Numbered from the stretch's first letter, positions 24,793 through 34,274 are shown. The stretch: DNA of 64,000 bases from Escherichia coli (GCF_001677475.2 NZ_CP015229.1); one strand, 5' to 3'. A program made the numbers and translations. Notes: generated by a model from the letters alone, not told the origin.

Positions 24793-25812
24793 CTACTTAC
24801 TGACCACAAGCGGCAAATCCAGTGTTGGCGTGATTTTGGTTTTACGATCGTAAATCAACACCTGATTTTCTGTTTTGTGTCCACTGAAAATTTGTTTGTC
24901 GCGACTGCTGCCTTCGTAATCTGAAATCCCTTTGGCTTTTATGTCATGGAAGTTGCACCCAAACGGAACGCCGGCTTTTTGCTCGGCTGCACGTTTAGCC
25001 TGATTCCACCAGTTGTTCAGCGTCTTGGCTATTACCTTCCCGCCTTTGGTTGTGTTGATCACATACTCGCATGTGCCGGAAGATACATTTCGGGCTAACT
25101 GGATCGCCGTACGTAATCGCGGAGACCATTCCTTGATTTGTTTAGTGCCAGTCTTGTTTTGCTCAATGTAAATCCCTTTATCCATAATATCCTGCCATTT
25201 CAGCTCGAGTACATCACCGAGCCTTGCCGCACAAAGATAGGATATCTCCATTGCAATACGTAACTGTGGAATTGCTTCCGCATATATTGCTGCATACTGT
25301 TCATCGGTGATGTAAACAGTACGGGCTTTAAGTGTGAATTTTCTGACACCTTTGCATGGATTATTTTTCACATACCCACGCTCATATCCCCATCCGTATA
25401 CACGGCTCAGACTTGCCAGTTCATGGTTTGCCTGGGTCTTGCTCTCAAGTCCTCGCTTATCCATGAAAATTCTTACCTGTTCAATTTTTACATTATCAGC
25501 AAGCACTTTTCCGAATACTGCCAACAATGCCCTTTGATGTTGCCGATAATCTTTTTGGGTTCGGGGGGCCAGTTCTGTAAATGCAGGGGAGTCCATAAAC
25601 ATGTGCCATAATTTAGCTACTGTCATTATGTTGTGGAGTTTTGCTTTTTCCAGCTCATAATTTTGCCAGACTTTAGCTACGCTGGTTTCCCGCACTCTTC
25701 CGAGCCCTATAGTTCTTGTGCTTCCTTCGGGTTTCCATACGTAACTGTAACCGTTCGATCTAACACGCGGTGGTAGTGCATTATCTTTTTTGTTTTTTCT
25801 TGGTCTTCCCAT
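24793..25812 (-). CDS. int: Prophage tyrosine integrase
   Basis: 339 aa, adjacent to tRNA junction, C-terminal H-x-x-K...GH...Y catalytic pattern. Confidence 0.85.
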   Translation of the reverse strand: MGRPRKNKKDNALPPRVRSNGYSYVWKPEGSTRTIGLGRVRETSVAKVWQNYELEKAKLHNIMTVAKLWHMFMDSPAFTELAPRTQKDYRQHQRALLAVFGKVLADNVKIEQVRIFMDKRGLESKTQANHELASLSRVYGWGYERGYVKNNPCKGVRKFTLKARTVYITDEQYAAIYAEAIPQLRIAMEISYLCAARLGDVLELKWQDIMDKGIYIEQNKTGTKQIKEWSPRLRTAIQLARNVSSGTCEYVINTTKGGKVIAKTLNNWWNQAKRAAEQKAGVPFGCNFHDIKAKGISDYEGSSRDKQIFSGHKTENQVLIYDRKTKITPTLDLPLVVSK

Positions 25813-26032
25813 TGTTCAGCGCCTCAAAATCGGGTTCAGCGGAAACCAGCTCAGGTGCTTTTGGCATCGTTGTCAGTCCGTGTGGAATATCCCTGCGAAG
25901 AACTATTGGTTCGTTTTTAGGACCGATTACAAATGGGATGCCGTGCAGCCTTAACTGGTGTTGCTGTTTTGTGTATCGCTCGTATTTCGTGATCTCTTGA
26001 ATCTCTGCTGGCGATAGAGTTAATTCGTACAT
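25781..26032 (-). CDS. xis: Putative excisionase
   Basis: 83 aa basic protein overlapping the int start; call by position. Confidence 0.5.
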   Translation of the reverse strand: MYELTLSPAEIQEITKYERYTKQQHQLRLHGIPFVIGPKNEPIVLRRDIPHGLTTMPKAPELVSAEPDFEALNNGKTKKKQKR

Positions 26033-26098
26033 GTGGTCACGTGCCTTACAGCATGACCGCCGCCAATATAATTCGGAGACGGCGATCAGGGGTGAACA

Positions 26099-28549
26099 TT
26101 AAAAATCAACCGGATTCGGGATCAGTTTTTGCCAGATTGCTGAAACGTATTTTGCCTGGTAACGAGCGTCATCAAGTGCATTATGGCGCTCACCTTCGAA
26201 TGGGATAGCTGTTCTGGCATCGAAGTCTATGGCTTTCCCCAGCTCAACGATTGTGCGTACATCGCGATCGTTGCAGTAGCGCCAAGGGCAGGGGATACCC
26301 TGTCGTTCGTATGAACGGCGTAAAATCACGTTGTCGAAGTTGGCCCCATTACCCCAGACCTGAACAAAAAATTCACCGGAGTTTTCGTCGATAAATTCCC
26401 GCAATTGCAGCAGTGCATCATCTAACGGGATTTCATCGGTCAGAATGGCAGATTGCGCCTCGCGTGATTGCTTAAGCCACCATTTTATGGTGTCACGATT
26501 AATGACTCCGCCAGCAGTTTCCAGATCGATGGTCTTACTAAATTCCGGCCCCATATCTCCGGTTTGCGGATCGAAAAATATTGCACCTATTGAGATAATC
26601 GGGGCATCGGGATTTTTTCCCATGGTTTCAAGGTCGATCATAAGATGGTCACATGACCTGCTTGTGGATGTGATATTGTGATAACCGTTCACCTTAATTA
26701 AGGGATCTGTTGCTTCGCCAGTTTCATTATCGCTGGCGTGATGCTGATTGCCTCCAGTGTTCTCCTTGTGTGGATGTTCAGCGCCTTCCATTTCCTCCGG
26801 ATCATTCTCCTGAGCTTCAACCTGATTCTCTTCATCGAATGTTTCCTGGTATGTTGCGTTTCCCATGACCGCGCCACAGTCAGGACAGTTGCCGCCGCTG
26901 CTCTGACCGCAGACGGTGCAGACTTTTTCCGGTTCCTGTTGCACTACTGGTTCGGATTGTTTCGTTTCTGGTTCGTTTTGTTGCGCATTTGGGCTGTTTT
27001 GTTCCGCTTTCTGGTCGTTCTGTGCCGTTTCTTGCTGGTTCTGGTTCACAGAATCGCGGGTTTCAATCCCCTTCACCCATTTCGGATCATTCGGGTCGCT
27101 AATCCCTGCAACAAATTCACCACGTGATGCAGCGAGCAACTGACTGGCGTCAGGCAGGCTGATATTGGCTGCCTGCATAATTTTGTTTACTTCGTCAGCG
27201 GTAACTTTTACCTGATTAACCGGATCTATCTGTGCCTGAGTATCCAGCGATTGCGTGTCCTGGCGAAGTTCAGTTGTATCCGGCTCCATTGCTTCAGTCG
27301 TTGCCTGTTCATCTGCCATTGCGTCAGACGGTTGTGATTTTTCATCATTATTTTTTTCTTCTTCTGTTTCGCGTTTAGCAGCCAGTTCGCGGTTAACTTC
27401 TTCCTGGATATCTTTTTCCGGTGTATGTCGTGCAGCAGCGAGAGTTTCTTCGGTAGGGTTCTCGTGATCAGTCTCCGTTAAGTGGGCGTTGATATACTCC
27501 TGAAGGCGTCCCGGGTAGAGATAAAGTTCAGGGTGAGCACTTCGGATAAGTGCAAAAATAGCGGCACGGGAATAATCCAGAATACCAGGGGTTGCGCGAA
27601 GTGCTGCGGACCATTCTTTGAACGGACTTTCTTTCTTCCGGACGACTTCTTTTGCGCGACGATAAACGCTGCCCGGAATTTCATAAATATTAAAATCCAT
27701 CGGAAGTGTGGCCGCTGCAATCTCCACATCCAGCGTATCGAAGGTGTGTACTAAATTCGGATTGCGATCGGTTTTGTTCCCGCCGCCAGCATTAGCACCG
27801 GAAGCCGTGCGGATGATGCGTGAAACACGATTCCCCTTCATCCACTCTTTTGTAAGCAGACCGCGATCGGTGTAGTCAGCGCCCAGGTATGCTTCGAAAA
27901 AAGCAGTCATCAGTCCCAGGTCTGAATTGCCAGGATTAGGGAAAACTTTGTCAGTGTCACGAACCAGTTTGTGGAGATCGCGAATTTCCAGCGGTTCGAG
28001 TTGCGCTGCTTTATTTGAGATGGCCAGCGCGGTAACGGCGGGAAGTTTTTCATCCTGTGCGTTATGTAATGCGCGCAGTTCGCCCCGCGAAACGTGAGTG
28101 ATCGGTTTTTCGCTGCCGTGCTGAGCAAGCCAGCGAATGGGAAGTATCTGGCCAGAAACCGGGAGTAGCATATTCTCCTCAATATCAGTCATGTCTTCGC
28201 CGTTGACGTTGGTATTGTCAGTGCTGGCTGGTTTATCCTGAACAGAGGGCGCGATAAATACCATTGTGATACCATCTTCCCCGCCTTTTTCGTATCGGTT
28301 GCAGAATTCGGTATCAAACACACCTTCCGGAGGCAGGTCATTCACAACGGGTAAATGGACGCGGACGGGTTTTTTAAAGTCGTCTTCATCATAATCGTTG
28401 TCATCCATTGCGGTAATACAACGGGAGATGGCAACAGATAATTTTTTTGCTGTGGTCCAGTAAAAACCACCTTTAATTCCCAGGCGTTTTCTGACTTTGT
28501 CATTTTTTGCTTCGCAATATAGCGCAAATTCTTCTTTTTCAGTGCTCAT
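26099..28549 (-). CDS. Large prophage exonuclease with C-terminal DnaQ-like (DEDDh) 3'-5' exonuclease domain and central acidic/Q-rich region
   Basis: 816 aa; C-terminus LMIDLETMGKN...HNALDDARYQA; CxxC...CxxC zinc ribbon; low-complexity E/Q/N-rich segment. Confidence 0.6.
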   Translation of the reverse strand: MSTEKEEFALYCEAKNDKVRKRLGIKGGFYWTTAKKLSVAISRCITAMDDNDYDEDDFKKPVRVHLPVVNDLPPEGVFDTEFCNRYEKGGEDGITMVFIAPSVQDKPASTDNTNVNGEDMTDIEENMLLPVSGQILPIRWLAQHGSEKPITHVSRGELRALHNAQDEKLPAVTALAISNKAAQLEPLEIRDLHKLVRDTDKVFPNPGNSDLGLMTAFFEAYLGADYTDRGLLTKEWMKGNRVSRIIRTASGANAGGGNKTDRNPNLVHTFDTLDVEIAAATLPMDFNIYEIPGSVYRRAKEVVRKKESPFKEWSAALRATPGILDYSRAAIFALIRSAHPELYLYPGRLQEYINAHLTETDHENPTEETLAAARHTPEKDIQEEVNRELAAKRETEEEKNNDEKSQPSDAMADEQATTEAMEPDTTELRQDTQSLDTQAQIDPVNQVKVTADEVNKIMQAANISLPDASQLLAASRGEFVAGISDPNDPKWVKGIETRDSVNQNQQETAQNDQKAEQNSPNAQQNEPETKQSEPVVQQEPEKVCTVCGQSSGGNCPDCGAVMGNATYQETFDEENQVEAQENDPEEMEGAEHPHKENTGGNQHHASDNETGEATDPLIKVNGYHNITSTSRSCDHLMIDLETMGKNPDAPIISIGAIFFDPQTGDMGPEFSKTIDLETAGGVINRDTIKWWLKQSREAQSAILTDEIPLDDALLQLREFIDENSGEFFVQVWGNGANFDNVILRRSYERQGIPCPWRYCNDRDVRTIVELGKAIDFDARTAIPFEGERHNALDDARYQAKYVSAIWQKLIPNPVDF

Positions 28550-28639
28550 TGATAAACCTCATTACAGATTTAAGGGTGAACAAATCCCTGCCATTGCTGG
28601 CATATAAAAATGAAACCGGATATTTATTACTGTGCTGTT

Positions 28640-28831
28640 TTAAAGTCCTGCCGGGACTTCGTTATTATCCATGCGAATAACTTTATCGACCGGATAACAG
28701 TTACCGGGAATTTTTTGTTCTGCTGCGGCAGCCATGCATTCTTTCATTGAACCGTATAAGCCAGTCACCAGCTCAAGAGATTCGCCGGAAACAAGATAAA
28801 CTGTCAGAACGAGTGCAAATGTTGTATTCAT
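28640..28831 (-). CDS. YdfD-like small protein
   Basis: 63 aa immediately downstream of the dicB-like gene, as in the Qin dicB-ydfD arrangement. Confidence 0.45.
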   Translation of the reverse strand: MNTTFALVLTVYLVSGESLELVTGLYGSMKECMAAAAEQKIPGNCYPVDKVIRMDNNEVPAGL

Positions 28832-29016
28832 TGTTTATATCCTTTTTGCCGCAGGTCCAGACGAGCCAGCATTGAAGGAATGCATACTTCATTTAACAGG
28901 TCCTGCTCGAGTGTTCTCTGCTTAATGGCGTCTTCAATAAATGTTTTGTCTCCGGTGATAACGCCAATTTCGAAACGAAGTTCAGACGTACTGGCATTGC
29001 ATGATAACTTTTCCAT
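28828..29016 (-). CDS. dicB: DicB-like cell division inhibitor
   Basis: 62 aa; FEIGV...EDAI..R...LLN..CI.SMLARL pattern matches DicB as recalled. Confidence 0.75.
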   Translation of the reverse strand: MEKLSCNASTSELRFEIGVITGDKTFIEDAIKQRTLEQDLLNEVCIPSMLARLDLRQKGYKQ

Positions 29017-29190
29017 TATCGCGTCCTCAACAATGAATTTTGTGATGCGGTGCCTGGTGCCTCCAGGTGACGTTAACCAGTTAACAATTAACGCCGGAGT
29101 ATTTCACGTTACGCCAGTAAAGGACCGCTTTACTGTTTTAACTGTTCCGCGTGCGCTTAGCCGCATTCACCGCATCACAAAATTCACTTT

Positions 29191-29245
29191 AAAAAGGGCG
29201 GACATCAGCCAGCAATGAAAACTGATGCCGCCAAAGGTACCAATC
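29191..29245 (-). ncRNA. dicF: DicF-like small RNA with intrinsic terminator
   Basis: Reverse strand reads TTTGGCGGCATCAGTTTTCATTGCTGGCTGATGTCCGCCCTTTTT, close to the recalled DicF sequence, immediately upstream of dicB. Confidence 0.5.
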
Positions 29246-29784
29246 AACATGGAGTGTTGCGGCGGGGTTGTCACTCAGGCGTATGGTCAACCTGACAACC
29301 CGGTGTCACCAGTGGGGGTAAGGAAAACCCCGCCATACTTACCGCCGCGCCATTTCGCGGAGTGCCACAACCGGAAGCGCACGGTCGACGAAAATTTAAC
29401 GACAGGCTATCTATGAACCATAAACCTCGCCGTGCGCTTTCGCGTTATGCCCTGACTTTTCAGGGAAATATCCTTTCAGTAAACTGTCAGTGCCGGATGT
29501 TCACCCGTGTCCGGCGCACGCACTCCACCTCACCCGTGGAGAACCCCTTAATTACCAACCCTCAGGAGAGTGAATGTTAAAATCAACTCTTATTGCTAAA
29601 TGCCTTTATCAAAATCGCATGGTAAGCAGCATTTCAATAGGCGAGTCTGCAGTTAAAAGTATTTTCGAAGAGTTCTTTCCCGGGCATGATTTTAATAAAT
29701 GGAATACCAAATTACCGCCAGCAGTTTCAACGCGTATTCTGAAAGCAACTGAAAGAGCAAGTACAATTCGCGTTAACTATTTCA

Positions 29785-30204
29785 TTAAAGATTTGTGGGA
29801 TCTTTGATATCCACAGAGCCTAAAGTATGTGCATATGGATGTGCTATTGTGCGCCCTCGCAGATTTGCATCATTTTCTAAATTCACTGAACGAAACAGGG
29901 CATCAACAAGGCTCTGTACAATGCAAAGGCAATCGAAGACTGTCGCTGTTTCTGTTTTGATTGATGAAAGAACATGGCCATTCACGCAAACAGAAATTAC
30001 CCGTTCATTAACATCGCTTTCCTGCTTTTGATTATCAGAACTATATAGCCCAGAAAAAGCATTGCGCACATTATGAACCATATTATCGATGGTTTCTTTT
30101 TCTACGGTACTCAGGTCAAGAGTCGCCAGTTGAGAACGAACTATATTCGCTGCCATTTCCTGGAATGGTACTGGTAAATCTTTAAATTCCATCGTCAACC
30201 TCAT
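29785..30204 (-). CDS. Hypothetical prophage early protein
   Basis: 139-aa ORF in the leftward early operon. Confidence 0.4.
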   Translation of the reverse strand: MRLTMEFKDLPVPFQEMAANIVRSQLATLDLSTVEKETIDNMVHNVRNAFSGLYSSDNQKQESDVNERVISVCVNGHVLSSIKTETATVFDCLCIVQSLVDALFRSVNLENDANLRGRTIAHPYAHTLGSVDIKDPTNL

Positions 30205-30207
30205 CAG

Positions 30208-30462
30208 TCAGTGGTTTTCAATCTCTCGTGAAACGTTTAATGCCGCGCTTTTTGCCAGAGTGGTAATATCCAGCTCCGCTGACGCCAGTTCTTTAGAGAG
30301 GTGCTCTTTGTTGTTAGCAGCCTGTTTCAGGTCATTAATGGCGCGTATCTTCCCGAACATCCATTCGTAAATTTCATCATCGGTATAGCCTGGTGCGATG
30401 ATGGTGGGTTCTGGTTTCTGCATGTCAGCTCCTTGTGGTTCGCATTGCCTGCTTTTAACCAC
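30208..30462 (-). CDS. Hypothetical prophage early protein
   Basis: 84-aa ORF; start may be the internal Met (MQKPEPTII). Confidence 0.4.
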   Translation of the reverse strand: MVKSRQCEPQGADMQKPEPTIIAPGYTDDEIYEWMFGKIRAINDLKQAANNKEHLSKELASAELDITTLAKSAALNVSREIENH

Positions 30463-30515
30463 GTCAGGCGAGGTGGTATCCTCTGAGGGGTCTGTTACTC
30501 GAGAGGAAATTGGTT

Positions 30516-30716
30516 ATGAATACAATCAAGTTTTCTTGCCCAGAATGTGGTGGCGAAGTCTTTGACACATCCTTTAAGCCGCAGGGCTCTGACAGTTTCG
30601 CGGGAGCCATCTGCAAAAATTGTGGTCACCTTGTAACTGAAGATGAGTCCTCGCAGTTCGATGACGAAATCGTTGATAATATCTTCGGCGCACTCACCAG
30701 AGATTTCCTGAAGTAA
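30516..30716 (+). CDS. Hypothetical zinc-ribbon protein
   Basis: CPECGG...CKNCGH pattern and GAGAGGAAA RBS; conflicts with antisense ORF 30495-30851. Confidence 0.35.
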   Translation: MNTIKFSCPECGGEVFDTSFKPQGSDSFAGAICKNCGHLVTEDESSQFDDEIVDNIFGALTRDFLK

Positions 30717-31116
30717 AAGCGCATGCCGTTTAGTTACCGCTCTGATCATTCTTACTTGTCCGGTAATGGCGCTGACATCAGTATAAAGCGCCATTGCTGC
30801 TTCTTTGCCGATCCCAGGATGCCTTCCATTCTGATGTTTGACTTCGCCCACTGAGAAATCCTCTGTTTCCCCTTAACGCCGGGGTAGCGGAACAAAAACC
30901 TGCTGCATAGTTAAAGTTGAACCCTGCCGTCATGTTCTTACGCCTCGGGCTGGCTACTTAACCCCTGACCACTGCCTGGTAACTCGAAGTATTGCCCTGC
31001 GTTTTGTGGGGCGGGGTGGGTTAGTAAAAATAGTTTATACAAAAATAAACTAAACAGTCAATATGCAACTTAACTCTTTGGCGAGGATAACCCCTGTTGA
31101 GAGGGGCTTCGGGGGA

Positions 31117-31404
31117 TTAAGGTGTTACAGGGAACTGTCGGCGGGCGTGAACTACGCTAACAATTTCAATGCCTGAAATTGTCACGCGGTATAGAATTAT
31201 GTAATTGGGGTGAGCAACAATTTCACGCAAACCCGGAACTCTGTCGCTTGGCGGGTATAAATACGGATGCTCAGATAATGGCAGGACGCAAGTCCTTAAG
31301 CGTTTCCACAAACGTTCTGCCGCATCTATATCAAAACGAGCAATATAGCTAGTTATATCATCCAAGTCGGCATCTGCGCTTTCGAGCCATAAAACCGGTA
31401 ACAT
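31117..31404 (-). CDS. RelE/ParE-family toxin
   Basis: 95 aa, small basic protein immediately downstream of a small antitoxin-like ORF. Confidence 0.6.
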   Translation of the reverse strand: MLPVLWLESADADLDDITSYIARFDIDAAERLWKRLRTCVLPLSEHPYLYPPSDRVPGLREIVAHPNYIILYRVTISGIEIVSVVHARRQFPVTP

Positions 31405-31596
31405 TTACTGCTTGCTCCGTTCCTTGCGCATGTTAGCAAAGCGTTCAGCCATTCTGCGTTCAACTTCGTCATGTGGGATGGCTGGACGTGGATCAGCAAG
31501 GCTTGCGGCCACTTTTGCACGCAGCCATTCGTTATAACTATTTTCTTGCTCGATGGTTTCAAATTCAGAAACCATTGGTGAAAGGGCTGTGTTCAT
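31405..31596 (-). CDS. Cognate antitoxin (small acidic DNA-binding protein)
   Basis: 63 aa from MNTALSPMVSEFE...; abuts the toxin start. Confidence 0.5.
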   Translation of the reverse strand: MNTALSPMVSEFETIEQENSYNEWLRAKVAASLADPRPAIPHDEVERRMAERFANMRKERSKQ

Positions 31597-31631
31597 GGCG
31601 AACCTCGTTTTGTAAGTGCTGGTAATTCTGC

Positions 31632-32027
31632 CTAGGTAACTTTTTGTTGTGCTGCTAGCCACCTTGCAACTATACGATCCATTGTCTCTTTTTTTTCCTT
31701 CATATCTTTAAGTATTTGCTGTTGATCTTCCTCTGGAAATGCCTCAAATGTTTGAAGTAGCTCCTTTTGCTTAGGAGATATTTTTAATATATCCTGTGTT
31801 TTGTCTTCTTTTTCTTCATTTAATGGTAAGAAAAACCAATGTTGGGGAAAACCCGTTACTTCAGATAGTTTATCTAGATTAGCTGCTGTAGGGCTTGATA
31901 TACCACAAACCCACCTTTGGACGGATTGTTGAGCAATACCAATTCTGCGCGCAAGCTCTGCTTGACTCCAGCCTTTTTCTAATAGAAGCATCTTAATTCT
32001 AAGAGCACTAATTTCGAGTACGCCCAT
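31632..32027 (-). CDS. XRE-family HTH repressor (CI/RacR-like), paralog A
   Basis: N-terminal HTH LRIKMLLLEKGWSQAELARRIGIAQQSVQRW; C-terminal domain shared with the next ORF. Confidence 0.65.
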   Translation of the reverse strand: MGVLEISALRIKMLLLEKGWSQAELARRIGIAQQSVQRWVCGISSPTAANLDKLSEVTGFPQHWFFLPLNEEKEDKTQDILKISPKQKELLQTFEAFPEEDQQQILKDMKEKKETMDRIVARWLAAQQKVT

Positions 32028-32057
32028 CTGATATCTCTTGTTCCAGTATGTATCCCG

Positions 32058-32429
32058 TCAGGCTCGGCGACCTTGTCGCGCCAACCAACGTGCAACAAGA
32101 TCTTCCATTGCCTCTTTTTTATTTCTTAGTTCTTTTATGATCTCCTGCTGTTCATTATCAGGAAAAGCACTAAATATTTGTAGTAATTCCAATTGGTTAG
32201 GGGTTAATGCCATAGATCTTGATGACGAAGATTCTGTTGTGTCTTCAGGTTCCATATCAAGATAACCCCCAGGCATCCCATATGTTTGCTCAATACGTCT
32301 AGCTGCCTTTTCGCCAAACGTAGATTTACCGCTCATTAACTGAGATAAGTAACTTTTCTCTTTAGGCGGCAAAGTCCTGTCTTTGAACCACTCTTTGAGG
32401 CGTAAACGCCGAATCTCTTTTGTTTCCAT
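32058..32429 (-). CDS. HTH repressor, paralog B, divergent from cro-like gene
   Basis: C-terminus LTPNQLELLQIFSAFPDNEQQEIIKELRNKKEAMEDLVARWLA parallels paralog A. Confidence 0.6.
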   Translation of the reverse strand: METKEIRRLRLKEWFKDRTLPPKEKSYLSQLMSGKSTFGEKAARRIEQTYGMPGGYLDMEPEDTTESSSSRSMALTPNQLELLQIFSAFPDNEQQEIIKELRNKKEAMEDLVARWLARQGRRA

Positions 32430-32531
32430 ACATTCATTATCTTTAGTAATTGCAAAACAAGCAAATACTTGACTGGTTTATTTAGTTGCGTATAAACTTT
32501 CGCTTGTTCTAAATGTGCTGAGATAAAAATT
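32430..32531. promoter_or_regulatory. Divergent promoter/operator region of the immunity switch
   Basis: AT-rich intergenic region between divergent repressor and cro-like genes; AACAAGC/GCTTGTT inverted half-sites. Confidence 0.4.
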
Positions 32532-32819
32532 ATGACGCTAAAGGAATTCATCAAATCATTAAAAATTGGAGAAGCAAAAAAATTTGCGACCAACCTTGGT
32601 GTGTCTCCATCCTTCTTGTCCCAAATGGCATCTGGAACTTCACCTGTGTCTCCTGTTCGTGCGTTGATGATAGAAGCAGAAACTGGAGGACACGTTACAA
32701 GACGCGAATTGAGACCTAATGACTGGGAGCTTATATGGCCCGAATACACTGGAATCACGTCCCCTTCACGTCACAAATATGAACTTAACACCAAAAAGGC
32801 TGATGGGGTTGACTCATGA
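32532..32819 (+). CDS. Cro/YdaS-like HTH protein
   Basis: 95 aa; position and HTH as for Rac YdaS. Confidence 0.55.
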   Translation: MTLKEFIKSLKIGEAKKFATNLGVSPSFLSQMASGTSPVSPVRALMIEAETGGHVTRRELRPNDWELIWPEYTGITSPSRHKYELNTKKADGVDS

Positions 32820-33241
32820 TAATCAAGCATGAACACATCCGCATGGCGATGAATGCATGGGCGCATCCGGACGGTGAAAAAGTTCCGGCAGCTGAAATAA
32901 CCCGGGCTTATTTTGAGCTGGGTATGACGTTCCCGGAGCTATATGACGACAGGCATCCGGAAGCGCTGGCTCGTAATACCCAGAAAATTTTCCGCTGGCT
33001 GGATAAAGACACCCCTGATGCGGTTAAAAAAATTCAGGCGTTGTTACCAGCTATCGAAAAAGCAATGCCGCCTCTGCTGGTGGCCCGAATGCGCAGCCAC
33101 AGTTCAGCCTATTTTCGGGAACTGGTGGAGACGCGGGAACGACTGGTGAGAGACGCTGATGATTTTGTCGCAGTGGCGATCGCTGGTTTCAATCAGATGA
33201 ATCGTGGTGGTCCGGCGGGAAATGCCGTGGTGATGCACTAA
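32816..33241 (+). CDS. YdaT-like / CII-position protein
   Basis: 141 aa immediately after the cro-like gene. Confidence 0.4.
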   Translation: MIIKHEHIRMAMNAWAHPDGEKVPAAEITRAYFELGMTFPELYDDRHPEALARNTQKIFRWLDKDTPDAVKKIQALLPAIEKAMPPLLVARMRSHSSAYFRELVETRERLVRDADDFVAVAIAGFNQMNRGGPAGNAVVMH

Positions 33242-33248
33242 AAGCACG

Positions 33249-34232
33249 GTGTTCGGGGGTTTTATGAGCAGCAAGCTTCATGGTCTTGTCTGGGAAGGGT
33301 GCGCCTTCACTGGCATGATCTTATCCAGGGTGGCGGTTATGGCCCGTCTTGCAGACTACAGCAATGACGAGGGCGTGTCATGGCCTGCCATTGAAACTAT
33401 CCGGCGTCAGATCGGTGCAAGAAGTGAATCCACCGTGAAATCTGCTATTGCAGAACTGGCGAAAGAGGGCTGGCTGACGAAGGAAGAGCGTAAGGTCGGT
33501 GGGCGTAACGTAAGCAATATCTATCGGCTTAATGTGGAAAAACTCGAAGCAGCTGCAGCGGCGGCGCGTGAGGCATATAAACCGAAAAGAAAAATTAGCC
33601 CGGCAAAAAATGACCAGTTAACAGTTGACCAGTCAAATATTGCCCCATCAATGGTTGGCCCGTCAAATTTTGATGGATCAACTGTTGATAAAAAACTGCC
33701 GATTAGGGGGACGATGATTGACCCCGATCAGTCATTATTAAAACCTGATCCGTCAGATGAAAGATCTTCTTGTCCTGACGTTTCACTGCCGGACAAAAAA
33801 CAATCATCACCAGTTGAGCGATTTCTGGAGAAACACCCGGATGCGCATACCTGGAATGTGCAGAAGCGACAGTGGGGTACCCGTGAGGATGTCGCCTGTG
33901 CGCAGTGGATTTGGGGACGGGTTGTTGCGTTGTATGAACAGGCCGCCAGTGATGATGGTGAGGTATCACGCCCCAGAGAACCTAACTGGACGACCTGGGC
34001 GAATGATGTGCGCATGATGCGTATGCTGGATGGACGTAGTCACCGGCAGATTTGTGAAATGTTTGGGCGTGTCCAGCGGGATTCGTTCTGGGTAAAAAAC
34101 ATCATGAGTCCGGCAAAACTCCGGGAAAAATGGGATGAGCTGGTTATTCGTCTGGGGCGTTCGCCTGTACAGCGTTGCGTGAATCACATTTCTGAACCGG
34201 ATACCGAAATTCCGCCGGGGTTCAGGGGGTAA
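33249..34232 (+). CDS. Putative replication initiation protein (YdaU-like, N-terminal winged HTH)
   Basis: 327 aa; position in early-right operon. Confidence 0.45.
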   Translation: MFGGFMSSKLHGLVWEGCAFTGMILSRVAVMARLADYSNDEGVSWPAIETIRRQIGARSESTVKSAIAELAKEGWLTKEERKVGGRNVSNIYRLNVEKLEAAAAAAREAYKPKRKISPAKNDQLTVDQSNIAPSMVGPSNFDGSTVDKKLPIRGTMIDPDQSLLKPDPSDERSSCPDVSLPDKKQSSPVERFLEKHPDAHTWNVQKRQWGTREDVACAQWIWGRVVALYEQAASDDGEVSRPREPNWTTWANDVRMMRMLDGRSHRQICEMFGRVQRDSFWVKNIMSPAKLREKWDELVIRLGRSPVQRCVNHISEPDTEIPPGFRG

Positions 34233-34274
34233 GTGCTGATTTGAGGTCATGAAGTTATTTTCTCAGGAGAGTTT

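Noticed and set aside
30495-30851. 118-aa minus-strand ORF overlapping the zinc-ribbon ORF
   Set aside because: Not resolved; it fits the operon direction but has no recognisable features, whereas the plus-strand ORF has an RBS and CxxC pairs. Both left at low confidence
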